A DNA stretch of 64,000 nucleotides, taken from NCBI RefSeq assembly GCF_025526975.1, contig NW_026515678.1, positions 434,001-498,000 on the forward strand, in the 5' to 3' direction. The notes below the pieces were generated by a model, which did not search any database, was not told the DNA's origin, and saw nothing but the letters and a program-made list of their open reading frames with translations. Below, in pieces: positions 50,521 through 63,154 of this stretch (the stretch's first letter is position 1; the number at the start of each line of letters is the position of its first letter). The translations under genes were made by a program, and so were the position numbers. The stretch comes from Fimicolochytrium jonesii (taxonomy: Eukaryota).

Positions 50521-52461
50521 GGGTGGGTGAAGGCCAACACCAAACGCACACAAAGCCAGCACAAAGTATCCTGTCATTACCCCACCACACACCCTCACGT
50601 CCCATCCTGTCATCCAGCGTTCTCTCCCCAAGAGATTGGTTCGCACTGAAAGGCAACCGCCCTTCGGTCCCGTTAGGAGACAGGGCCGCCCGGCGTCGTG
50701 CGGAAAGGCGAGCACCCGAGGAGGGTTGGGGCCAGGTGGTACCGTCCACGTCCATTGCTTGCCAGTCACTCAGAAACAGAGGGTCCAGCTCCGTTTGTCG
50801 TTCAGAATGAAGTCTGGCTGTTAAGGCTACCGCGGCCCTGCTTGCCCTGCATAAAGATTTGCGTGGCAGGTACAGTCCTATGGCTAGCCTCTAGACGTTC
50901 GGTCGCCCAAGCGTGCGTCCCCTTCATGTTTCCTGACAACTGTGCGATAGTGATGGGCCGGGAGCGTAGCTGGCTGAGGTGGAGCTGGAGCGTAGAGCTG
51001 GGCTTCAGCTACCGCTATGCTGGCCCGCCGACTAACGCCCGGTCGATGGAGCGCAGAGCCGGATCTTACATACGTTTGAGTATTGTAAGATTGCTGATTG
51101 ACCACCAGACAAAAACTTAGGGCAACGTGAGCAGCGACCGTTCAGTTATTGCTCAAGTCATCACTACATTCTCTCTCTGGTGGTAGTTCTACATACTGCT
51201 GTGGTGGTTATGATCTCAATGATCGGAGTCAATCCAAAATCCTCTGCCTCGAGTACCGGTATTGCGTTATGGGGGACTTTTACGGGGGAAGTGACGGACG
51301 CGGTGGAAATTGACGGGTACTGACAGGGAATGGCGGGAATAGACGGGTTCCTTCTGGGTTATTTACTGGGCCACCGTATAGTGGAATATGAAGACTCTTG
51401 CCACTTTTCCAGCCACCCGCTGCATCCTGCAACGATTGAGATTTCCCATGCTTTCGCAGAGATGCACCCATCCCGAAAAGCTCTGTGATTCCTGGAATGA
51501 ACTAGCCAGGCGGACTGAAAGGGGCAGCACAGCGCCTTCCTTTTGGTACTGTGCTAGGACGATCAGGTTGATGAAACAATCCTAGATATGCCCACCCTTT
51601 TCCTAGGACCGCTGTAACATGTGGTCTGCATTTAGCCTTCGCCGGCCCCTATATTGTATGCCCGCTTCTTTTGATTTCCGATCCTCATTCTGCTGCTCAC
51701 GTTCATAGTGCAAGCGGCGAAGAAAACGGACAGCACGGGTGGCCCGTCGTTCCCCTCCCTGGGCATGGAATTTTGGGCATGGAATTTGGCGGGAGATAGT
51801 GCCGCAGATTACATCTATGTGTACGAAATTCGGGCATAATTGGTTGGGTCAGAACACAACACGTAACAATGGAAAAAAAAAAATTACAACATGAAGGGAA
51901 CATCTCTGCAAGAGGTTCCCAACTTCCCAAGGAGTCGGGTTGGGCATGAGACCCATGGGAAGCTGACATGGGACTGAAATCTACAGCTGAGCGGTCCCTT
52001 GGGAGAACATTCCTTCGAGCTAGCGGGACAGCTTTAGGATAACTGCGCACGTCAACGTGCATCAAAGTGAACATTTTGCTTAGGCCGCTTAACCCGAAAA
52101 GCGCGTTGGAGACGGTAGGCTAAATCAACGCTCGAATCCTATTTAGCATCCAGGGTTCACTACTGCAAACGCGTCGCTCGTAAGCAAGCGGAGCCTCCCA
52201 GCAAGGGGTAAACCCCGAAAAGTTATGAGGTCCGCGACGTGCTATCCAGGCCCGGCACTGCCAAGGTCTGAAGGGATTGGCGACCCGTCCGTGCGGACAC
52301 CACCCCGCGAACACCACTATTTAAAGCCTTCTGCCCGCCTCTTACTTGTTCAACTCTCTCTCACATTCATCCTACGAATTATTGTGCAGTTTCGGCTCTC
52401 AGAACCCACAATAACTGAACAAAACATTCCTCTCACACAATTACGACCGCCATTCTCCACT

Positions 52462-55400
52462 ATGACCGCCGTTCGACAATTGAGCTCTAGCTTCGACTCT
52501 CAAAACTTCGCCGAATACATCCGAAACACGGACGATCATCGAGAAAAGGCCCAAAAGTTGCTCCTCCGCGCCTGGGGCCTAAAGCGCGAGATCGGACACC
52601 AAGCGTTCAGGCTCGACATGGAGCGTTTCGATCCGGCCGACACCGGATGCGACTGCCGCGTCCTCGCTGGCGGCGAAGTCGGCTCGTCTTCGGACGAGTC
52701 GACTTGCCGCCCAAAGCACATAAACCGTGCTCTGTGGAAGTATTTCTATCCGGACAACTCCTTCGAAAGTGACCTCTCGTCGTCGTCGGCGTTGACAACT
52801 TCCACTTCCTCGAACGCGAGCTCGGTGAGCCGGGCTCGCAACGAAACCGCGAAGGCGAATAGAGAATCCGCGAGAGCGTACCAAATCAAGAAATTGGCCG
52901 CGCGATCATCAACGGCCACGTCGGCCTCTCGTCGGTCAGTTTCAACTGCCACGTCGGAAAAGTCAACTTCGGTCAAGAAACTTCACTTCGTCGCCGATGC
53001 CTTGGAAAACCACGGGACAGGAGGGATCCCTAACCCAGCCTCCATGGGAAAGCCCGATGAATCCCTTTCCACCCCTTCGGTGGACTGGGAGGAGGGTGAG
53101 TACCCCCTGTCGCAGGAGAACATGCCCAGCACCTACGGAACCTCCCGAGAGCCTTCGATGGCATGGCACTACAAGCCTATCAAGTCCCTCTTCGACCCTG
53201 CTTCCCAGAAAACGGCCTCCGAGAACACCACTACCGACGAGCGCACCGTCGAGCACAGCAAAGAGCCTACTGGTCCGGTAAACCCTATCAACATCGTTTC
53301 GCACGCACCCAAGCCTACAGACAACACCGAATCACGCTCGCACGCTGCAGGGGGGGAATCTACCACTACCGACCAGCGCACTGTCGAGCACAGCAAAGAG
53401 CCTACTGGTCCCGTAAACCCTACCAACATCGTTTCGCACGCACCCAAGCCCACAGACAACACCGAATCACGCTCGCACGCTGCAGGGGGGGAATCCACCA
53501 CTACCGACGAGCGCACCGTCGAGCACAGGAAAGAGCCTACTGGTCCCGTAAACCCTATCCAAATCGTTTCGCACGCACCCAAGCCCACAGACAACACCGA
53601 ATCACGCTCGCACGCTGCAGGAGGAGAATCCACCACTACCGACGAGCGCACCGTCGAGCACAGCAAAGAGCCTACTGGTCCCGTAAACCCTATCGCCTCC
53701 GGACGGGTCGAACGCAGCCGCATTCCCAGCCGCATTCCCCGTCCGGCACGCCTTCGCTTGAAAGTTCCGAAGGTACGCAGAAGCTTCTGTGTGGTTGGGA
53801 AGGGTGTCGGTGCTTATCCTCCATGCTTATATGGTTCATATTCTAATTGCGTTCTTGTTTACCCGCAGGCTCAAGTCAAAGTCAACGACGGACCAGAGCA
53901 TGCTGCAAGGGATCAACCGATGACTTCACCCCAACTCCCAGCCCAGCAAGTAAACCATATCGCCTCCGGACAGGTCGAACGCAGCCGCATTCCCCGTCCG
54001 GCACACCTTCATTTGAAAGTCCCAAAGGTACGCAGAAGATGCTGTTTGCTGTGGTTGGGAATGGTGTTGGTGCTTATCCTCCATGCTTATATGTGACGTC
54101 CATATTCTAATTGCGTTCTTGCTTACACAGGTTCAAGTCAATGACGGACCACTGGAGCATGCTGCAAGGGATCAACCGATGACTTCACCCCAATTCCCAG
54201 CAGTAAATCCTATCGCCTCCGGACGGGTCGAATACAGCCGCATTCCCCGTCCGGCACGCCTTAGCTTGAAAGTCCCGAAGGTACGCAGAGGATGCTGTTT
54301 GCTGTGGTTGGATATGGTGTCGGTGCTTATCATCTGCTATATGCGACGTCCATGTTCTAATTGCGTTCTTGTTTACCTACAGGTGCAAGTCAATGACGGA
54401 CCACTGGAACATGCTGCAAAGAATCAACCGATGACTTCACCCCAACTCCCAGCGATGCAAGTATCCTCGCAGGACGTCGAGCGAGTGTCGGTCCAGCTAG
54501 CCGTAACCGTGGGGGACGCCCTACGTGTTGCGGTTGCTGGCCCGACCGCTGCAACCATGGGGGACGCCCCATGTGTTGCGGCAGCTCGTTTGACCCCTGC
54601 AGGAAGGCCGGAGCGAGTGTCGGGTGAGCTAGCCGTAACCGTGGGGGACGCCCTACGTGTTGCGGCTGCTCGCCCGGCCTCTACAACCATGGGGGACGCT
54701 CCATGTGTTGCGGCAACTCGTTTGACCCCTGCAGGAAGGCCGGCGCAAGTCTTGGAAGATCCGGCGGCAGGAAGTGGTGCCCTGCCGGCGACAACCGTGG
54801 GCCTGATCCCCCCACGCGTCGCCACTGCCCGATCGAACGACCAACCTGACCGCGAGGAGAGGTCAGCGTTAGCGGCTGCTCAAAGAGAAATCAACCGTCT
54901 GCAAGCGAAGGTCGAACAACTTCAACATGATGAAGAAGAACGCGGGGAAGCCGAGTTTAAGCTTCGCGAGGCCGTCCAGGACTTACGTTTCCAGCTGCGG
55001 GAAGCACGGAAGAAATCCGCGGAAATCATCCCACGCGTTGCCCCTTTCCCGTCGAACGACCACACTGAGTGTGAGGAGAGGTTGGCGTTGGCGGCTGCTC
55101 AGGAAGAAATCCACCGCCTTCAAGCGAAGGTCGAACAACTTCAACATGATGAAGAAGAACGCGGGGAAGCCGAGTTTAAGCTTCGCGAGGCCGTCCAGAA
55201 CTTAAAATTCGAGGTTAAGGAAGCGAGCGACCACAGGGAATGCGAGGAGCGGTTAGCGGCAGCCCAGGAAGAGATCGACCGCCTTCAAGCGAAGATCGAT
55301 CAACTCGAACACGATGAACAAGAGCGCGCCGAAACCGAGTTTGCGCTTCGGGAAGCCGTCCAGAACTTAAAATTCGAGGTTATGGAAGCGAGCGACCACA

Positions 55401-56695
55401 GGGAATGCGAGGAGCGGTCAGCGGCAGCCCAGGAAGAGATCGACCGCCTTCAAGCGAACTTCGACTCCGCCACGGCGAAAGCAACCGCCCTGGCCGAGGA
55501 GATAGAATCGCTCAAAATGCAAAGAGAATTGAACCGACAGGCGGAGATCGCGGACCGAGGGGTTGAGATCGGAGAACTCACCGCGAAGCTGAAGGAGGTG
55601 GAATCGAACCGACAGGTGGAGGTTGCGAACCGAGAGGTTGAGATCGGAGAACTCACCGCGAAGCTGAAGGAGGTGGAATTGAACCGACAGGTTGAGATTG
55701 CAAACCGAGAGGTTGAGATCGGAGAACTCACCTCGAAGCTGAAGGAGGTGGAATTGAACCGACAGGTTGAGATTGCAAACCGAGAGGTTGAGTTCGGAGA
55801 ACTCACCGCGAAGCTGAAGGAGGTGGAATTGAACCGACAGGTTGAGATTGCAAACCGAGAGGTTGAGATCGGAGAACTCACTGCGAAGCTGAAGGAGGTG
55901 GAATTGAACCGACAGGTGGAGGTTGCGAACCGAGAGGTTGAGATCGGAGAACTCACCGCGAAGCTGAAGGAGGTGGAATTGAACCGACAGGTTGAGATTG
56001 CAAACCGAGAGGTTGAGATCGGAGAACTCACCTCGAAGCTGAAGGAGGTGGAATTGAACCGACAGGTTGAGATTGCAAACCGAGAGGTTGAGTTCGGAGA
56101 ACTCACCGCGAAGCTGAAGGAGGTGGAATTGAACCGACAGGTTGAGATTGCAAACCGAGAGGTTGAGATCGGAGAACTCACTGCGAAGCTGAAGGAGGTG
56201 GAATTGAACCGACAGGTTGAGTTCGGAGAACTCACCGCGAAGTTGAAAAACCGACAGGTTGAGCTCGCAGGACTCAGCGCGCAGTTGAAAAAGGTGGAAT
56301 TCAACCGACAGCTTGATATCGGGAACCGAGAGGTTGAGATCGCAGAACTCGCCGGGAAGCTGGAAAGGTCGGAGTCGAACGTGGAACGTGCCCGGGAGCT
56401 GACTCGCTCCCAGCACAAGTCACACATGGGCAAGCGAAACGAATTGCAAAGACGCATCAACGATTTTCAATTCAAGGTCGATTACTACAAAAGGGAGAAC
56501 TCAGTCCTCGAGAAGAATGTTCCACGCTTCCGGGCCGAGATAGAAGATTATGCGGCGCGGCTTGCGGAGGCGTCATTATGCGTCAAACGAGCGATGAAGA
56601 ACCTGGAGAAGGAAAAACAAGAGCGGTCCTGCAACGACTTGGCATGCAAATGCACCTGCGACCGAAACGGACAGATCACCCCGCCGGCACGTTGA
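52462..56695 (+). CDS. Repeat-built coiled-coil protein of unknown function
   Basis: Long open frames joined by three homologous introns (53773-53868, 54028-54130, 54281-54382); 45-aa, 44-aa, ~42-aa and 25-aa repeat arrays. Confidence 0.65.
53227..53693 (+). repeat. 135-bp coding tandem repeat (~3.5 copies)
   Basis: TTTDERTVEHSKEPTGPVNP..IVSHAPKPTDNTESRSHAAGGES units starting 53227, 53362, 53497, 53632. Confidence 0.92.
55531..56245 (+). repeat. 75-bp coding tandem repeat (~9.5 copies) with 300-bp higher-order period
   Basis: NRQVEIANREVEIGELTAKLKEVEL units; lines starting 55621 and 55921 are identical. Confidence 0.95.
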
Positions 56696-58578
56696 GCGTT
56701 TGGGCTGTTCGCATGTGGAGACGGCACCGAATGTTATAACTTCAATGGCTATAGAATCATCTCGCGTATCGCGACCCCCATATTGTTCTCCCCGTAGTGC
56801 GTATGTTGTCAGTGGGCATCGGTATTGCGATATTTATGAATAAATGTGACTTCTAATCGGACTGCCTGAAAGCTACTGTACATTCTCGATTGGGTGCTGA
56901 CGAGGCTTGCACGCTGTGAACTTTGTCGTATCAAAATGATATAGCCCGCGGAGATGGTGGTCATCATGGAAACGTCCGCATCGCTTCAGAACGCCCCCGC
57001 ACGTTTATGGATCTCTTTCACCAAACTCGTCTGATCAAAGCCGCTTGTCACGGACTTCGCCAGCATCACTCACAACTACGACATTATTTCCTGCTTCCCA
57101 CTCATCGTTGGCAGCGGCACGCTCATTGACTCCTCTCCAACCCCTCCCTCCTCACCAACTCGGCGTCCACCCCAACCCTTTACAAAAATCTAGCCCGGAC
57201 TCTTAAACCCCAACCCCAGCCATCCCGCTGTCATAACGGCGATGGGTGCTTTGCAGCTGCAGGCAGGGTCTTGATTTGCTGAGAAGCTGTCATGCACGCT
57301 TGAGCTACATAGTGCATATCCGGGCGTGCTCGTTGTGTGAGTATGCCCAACACTGTGTTTTCATCGTATGATAACAGGAAATGTCCATCGACCTGATCTA
57401 TTGCTCTTCCAATCTGTGTGCTAAGAAGTGGGATTCCAGACATCCGTTGCAGTCTATATTAGCTTTGGTGGATCTCGCACTCAACAGCAGCAAATGCGGT
57501 GTATGCGACGACACTACTGGAAAACATATCCAACCCCGGATGCTGATGCCAATCGTTTCCGAGAGCGGCGAACGCGTGGGAGGGCTTGCATACGCACAGT
57601 GGCAGCTCCAAGCGCAGCATTCGTCTCGTCGGAAAGACTTTGCATCCGGACGGCAATTTTCCCACGCCGTAGACCTTAGAACACCACTCCCTCCCACCCC
57701 TTGTGTACTATGTACTGCTGTACCGCTGTACTGCGGATGCACGCCAATATGCTGCTTCTACATCCACGTCGGTAGGGAAGGGGCGCCGAGCACAGGAAAC
57801 CCTACGCTCACGCAACGGCCCCGGCACGGCGTCAGCGGACGAGCATGACGGCACCAAACCTCGCTGCACGAAAGCAGCGAAGCAACGTGGAGGAGATGCA
57901 GCTGATGAAAACCCGGCTTCAGGTCAGTTTGCCTGCCAGAGTAAAGTTGTCCGCTTTACGAGACTTGCTTTCTGACATTCCGTTCATATCTTTCCAATCC
58001 ACAGGAGGAGCAGGAGGTTGAGCGGGACGCGTGCGAGCAAAGATGGACCGACTGCTGAAGAAGAACGCACCCGTCTGCAAGGAAAGGTGGATCGATTCTG
58101 CACGCTTGCTCCCCACTCACACATACCGCAAGCGATCAATGGACGGCACGAGAACCTATCCCAGCGTCCCCTCCTTCCAGAATAAAATATTTTGTCATAC
58201 CCCGCCTCCCTAAAGCCGCGGCACGGGCTGGTGTGACTGGGCTACTGGACGTTGTATGAGATCAGCGGTCTCACTTGATTGTTTCCCTGGTGTGGATATG
58301 GATTGCCAGGGATGCCTATCTTCGTGAACTTACTCCGGGCTTTTTTTCGGGCTGGCTGGACTGGGGCCAAAAGCTCGACGCACTGACGGATACTCACTCA
58401 GAAGCGGGGACATCGGGAACCAAGTGCAGCAATCCGTCGCAACTTCGGCATATCAGAACAATGTTATTGCAAACCTGGAGAATGCCGTCGCCGACTTACG
58501 CTCCGAGCTGCGGGAAGAACAGGAGAAAGCTGCGGAAAAGGACAATGTTACCCACTCAAACCTGCCGCACGAGACCAA

Positions 58579-59080
58579 TTGAGTACTTCAGCGCAGGAGG
58601 TATCTGCGCAACATCCAATTGCTTCCATCCCGGAGTCGCAATTGAAGCGAGAAGCCGAGATAGCAGGGCAACTTCGACTCAACGCTGAGCTGGAAGAGCT
58701 GGAGATGAAGTTGCAAGCCGAGATCAATGGACGAAATAAACTCATCTTGGCAACATCTTGGCAACATCCATGCGGTCCAAGCCCTACCGTAGTCGTCTTG
58801 AACAATCCTGCGCCGTATGCCAACGCGTTCTCTTCCACAGAGAGAGATTGACAATTTGCAAGCGAAGGTCGACCAACTGGAACATGCTGAACAAGAACGG
58901 GACTCCGCCGCGGCGAAGGCAACCTCGCTCACCGAGGAGAGAGACACCTTGCAAATGCAAACAGTCGTCTTGAACAATCCTGCGCCGTGTGCCAACGCGT
59001 TCTCTTCCACACTCCAACATTTGGCGTTTCACTCGCCCGATCATCCACCCACCGCTACGTGCCGTGCGGTAGATGGCTGA
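58579..59080 (+). pseudogene. Fragmentary paralog of the coiled-coil gene
   Basis: 'REIDNLQAKVDQLEH.EQERDSAAAKATSL.EE..LQMQ' matches 55270-55520; a 47-bp internal repeat at ~58792 and ~58964. Confidence 0.55.
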
Positions 59081-59464
59081 CGAAGAACAGTCGGACAGAG
59101 TATGGGACATAGGAGCCAGACTAATTGATTTTGAGGATTCGCCGTCCGACCGCGTCAAACCTATGTCCTAGAAGCTCGAGTCGGGGGAGTGTTGTGCGGT
59201 AGACGCGAGCTCCTAGTTGTGACGGGTTAGGGTTGTGACTAGTTAGCGTTATATGTGTGAGTCACGCGCCTTCAGAGTAGAAAAGACGACGGCATATACC
59301 CCCGTTTTCTATACCTTTTTTTTCCCTTACCATATTCCAATTGAAAACCATTCTCTATACGATCTGACCATCGACGGCTACTTCCGATCTCGCGCACAAT
59401 AGGTTATGGCCACGGCGGCGTTGCTGCCTCCAGAAAAGACTCTAGATCTGTGGGCTGTGATTCG

Positions 59465-59648
59465 CTGTTACTCGCGCGCATGTAACCCTAAATGTAAGTT
59501 AATTTGCGCGAAAGGGTGTTATTTGGCGTGGAAGGCTGTTACTTGCCATGTAACCCTAACTGTAAGTCATTTCGCGCGGAACGTTGTTATTTCGCGCGAA
59601 AGGGTGTTATTTGGCATGGAAGGCTCTTACTCTCGCATGTAACCTTAA
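59465..59648. repeat. Non-coding imperfect tandem repeats (~90 bp)
   Basis: 'GCGCGAAAGGGTGTTATTTGGC.TGGAAGGCT.TTACT...CATGTAACC.TAA' twice plus partial copies. Confidence 0.75.
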
Positions 59649-60382
59649 TCCAGCCGAACTCACGCAAGAATATCATCTTGAAAACGGGGCGCAACTCCGC
59701 TGCAAACCCATAATCCATTTTCAAAAAACACATCTCAGAAAAAGTGGAAAAAGTGGGTTCAATATCGAACAAACCGGGTATATTGTACACTTTTGACTCC
59801 AACCATACGGGGTTGAGCAGGCTGGGACAGAGTGACTAGGTGAGAAAAAAGGGTACAAAATAAGGCAGTAACCAGGGGCTGAACTGCCGTCGAAATCCAG
59901 TTCGCGTCATATCAGACGGGTAGCGAACCATCTAACCGCTCCCGCGACCCGTTCGACGCGGGCCCCGTTGAAAGTCATTCAAAGTGCGCAAGGGGTATCG
60001 TAGAGAAATGCAAAATAAAAAAAAGAAACTAAAACCGGAAATCGATCGGGGTATCTGTGCGGGATATCATAAGTGTCCGTTTCCTTGTGATGGCTTGGCC
60101 GGCTTTGGTTCGAATAAACATAGATTGTCGTAAATGGGTCAGGGTGTGTGGTTCGTTGTTCTCGTCGGTGGGAACAAACATCTGTCGTCTGGGGCACGGG
60201 TGCCTTGATCGAAGGCAATGGGTGTCGGGTGTCGCACTCGTGCTTGTCGCCGATTTACATGATTGGGAAATGGCACAACCTACAGAAAGTCCGTTTTGAG
60301 TTAGGGAATCTATTGTTAAAGGAGCTCAGCAACACCTCCACCTACCCTCCGTGATGCGCAACCCACTCCAGATACAAGCCCC

Positions 60383-61726
60383 TCAAATATTACCCCCATC
60401 CCCCGACTCCACCGCCTCAGCCGGTTTCGGAAACTGAATCGACGCCCTCGTATACTCCCCCCTCGACCCGCCCGGTACCTGCAGGCTAACAGCCTCACGT
60501 CGCTCTCCGGTCGCCATCTTCGGTGTAGTTCCGCCCACACTCCCCGCCGACAGAACTCTCGCGATGATATCGACATCTTCGAGAAGTAGGGAGGGCCCGT
60601 TGACCCTCACAACGCAGCTTTTATTCTTCTGCGTGATTTCGTGTTCGACTGTGGCGGCTTTGTTGGAGCAGACGAGGAGGAAGGGGAGGCGGATGATGGG
60701 TGATGATGGGGTGGATATATTGGTTGGTTGTGAGGGGGTGGGTTGCGGGGGTTGGGGGGGCAGTTTGGAGTTGCGTTGCACGAGGGCTTTGAAAAGACGG
60801 TGTTTGCGGGTGGTTTCTGCGAGGGCTTTGCGTTCGAGTTCGGTTTGGGCTGTGAGTTCGGCGTTGCGTGTCTAGGAGGATGATTGACAGGGGAGGGTGA
60901 GATTTACGAAGTTGAGGGCTCTCGCTCATGATATCTTATGAGACGATCTCCAAAAAACTAAATGGCATTCTTTGCGGACGAAAACGAAAAAACACACCTT
61001 CAAAGCCTCAATGTCGTCCTCAAACGAAGTCTTAGTCGGAACACCCGTCCACCTAATATCCTTCCGATCCTTCACAATAACCCCCATAGCCATAAGCACA
61101 TTCAACGCGTCATAAACACGTCTCCGGATATTCTTATGATCAAACGCATCGGCATTCCGCGCCTGGGTGGTAAACTCCTCCACCAGCTCATCGGCCACCT
61201 CGTTGTATGTGGTCGCGCCCTTCTTTTTGACCTTATCCGCCACACATTTGCTGAAGTGGCGAAGACCTTTGACGCGTCGGACGGCGTCGAGGTCTGGGAT
61301 CTCACCTGGAGGTAAGACGGAGGTTGACGACTCAGGACGTGTCCACGTAGTAGAGGTGTGGGTGATGTCGCTGATGGTGGGCTGTTTGGCGAGTCCGGCG
61401 AGGGGATCTGGGCGGAGGGCTTCGGCGCCGCGTTGCATGTCGCGGTATGATGGAAGAACTGCTGCTTGGCGTTGCTGGGCTGCCCCGTAGTCCGTACCGT
61501 ACAGGAGATTGGAGCTGCTTTCTCCAGCCGCGCTGTACGTTGAGTACATGGATGGGAAGGATTGTCGCTGCTGAGGAGGATAGTTCGGTTGCGAGAGGGC
61601 GCGGAGGTCCATGCGATGGAAGGTGTCGTGTTCGGGAGCCGCGTGCCCTGATGCGCGGAAGGTTGTTGTTCCGGGACTTACTCGGAGCGTCGAATACTGC
61701 TGAAGCGGGTGCCCATACATTGGCAA
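60383..61726 (-). CDS. TFDP: E2F dimerization partner (DP) transcription factor; upstream exons may extend to ~62500
   Basis: [47 protein letters not shown]; second exon has the DP domain '[13 protein letters not shown]'. Confidence 0.9.
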
Positions 61727-63154
61727 AGAATCCCTGGAAACGACGAGGATTTAGAAAGAGCCCCCCGTCAAGGGAAGACAAAATCCCATAGTATGCGCAT
61801 ACCCCGCTCCTGTATGCAATTGCGACTGGTCGCGATACCACAAGTCAGCGGACGCAGAGGGTCCCAAATCAGAACGATCCCCAAAATCGCGTCGAGAAAT
61901 GCTTCCACCACTCCTCACACGCCTCGCGTTGCCCTCCGAAGTCAAAGGAGGGCCAAGATCCTGGAACGCATCCGACGCCGAACGTTTGCGCTGTGGGTCT
62001 GTGTGGAGAGATGAATGGGGGAAGCGAAGGTGGTTGGATGGTGAGTACCAGGATCAACCCTCGACCATCAAACATTGAACAACAGCCATCAACACATCAA
62101 CAAACGATACCCTGTGCTTGCGACGAGGATGTTTCGTTGTGTTGAGCAGAAGCGTAGCTCGCTCCGCTCGCGCTCGCCCGCGTCAAGCATCCCTTCTCCT
62201 CGCTGCGCTCGGCGCAGTCCGCCTTCGCTCCAGGTCGCGGCTCCCTTGCGCACCGTTCTTCTCACCTTCATCGCCCAACGGATTGTAAGCTTGTTTCCGC
62301 CCACCACCCGATCTCCCACCCGCGGCTTCATCCCCACCGTCTCCGCCCCCACCCATACTCAGCGGGTTATTGGTGCTTCCATGGGTAGTATGCAACAAGA
62401 ATTGCGGAGTCTGCGATGTCCTGCTGCTGCTGTCAGCAGCGGTAGGCGGCGCTTGGTTCGGCTGTGCAGAAGCGTTGCTGCTGCTGCTGGTGGCGTCCAT
62501 CAGTGCTCTCTGCCCTGTTTATATTGTGGTGGTTTGGCGATATATTGACAATCCAGGATGTATTGGGCGAGTGGTAGAGTTTCCGTGTTGCGCCCTTTAG
62601 GGGGGCTTTTCGCACGCGACCGGCGAACCTTTGGCCCCGCAATTGCTCCTGGGTGTTGGGTACTGGTATCACGCTCCTGATGTGCGCATCCCACGGGATC
62701 CCTCTCAGACAGCTGTGCAAGATGGGTGAGATCGCTTGACGGCGACGGCCTGACGACCGCTAGCTAGTATTGGGTGGGGTTAGCTATGTCTTGTCTGACA
62801 GCGGAGGTCCCCACGATGTCTGTGCGCCCGCTTGGCGAAAGTGGCTCGTTCGTTGCGATCGGAGCGTTACTAACACCCGCTTCTCTTCTTCTCTTAGAGA
62901 CGCGCGCCGCTTCAATCCTCGTGCAAGCGGTGAGAAAACAGGGAAACAGCAAAGCGCAGCCGCGTAAACCACTGTGACGAACGCAAAATCAACTTCAACG
63001 CGTCGGTCGGTCGCGCGAAGCGAAGCCTCGTCTTTCGCACATCTGAGAATTCCCGAAATATGGATCCAGCTTGAACACTTGAAACATGCCCAAAACCTCC
63101 TCAAAACCACCACCCCCGACGTTTTCATCCCGCTCAAAGGCTCCGACCAAGCCG

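Noticed and set aside
55418..56460. Long minus-strand ORFs and a CRISPR-like regular repeat
   Set aside because: Antisense shadows of a coding tandem repeat; units are contiguous with no unique spacers.
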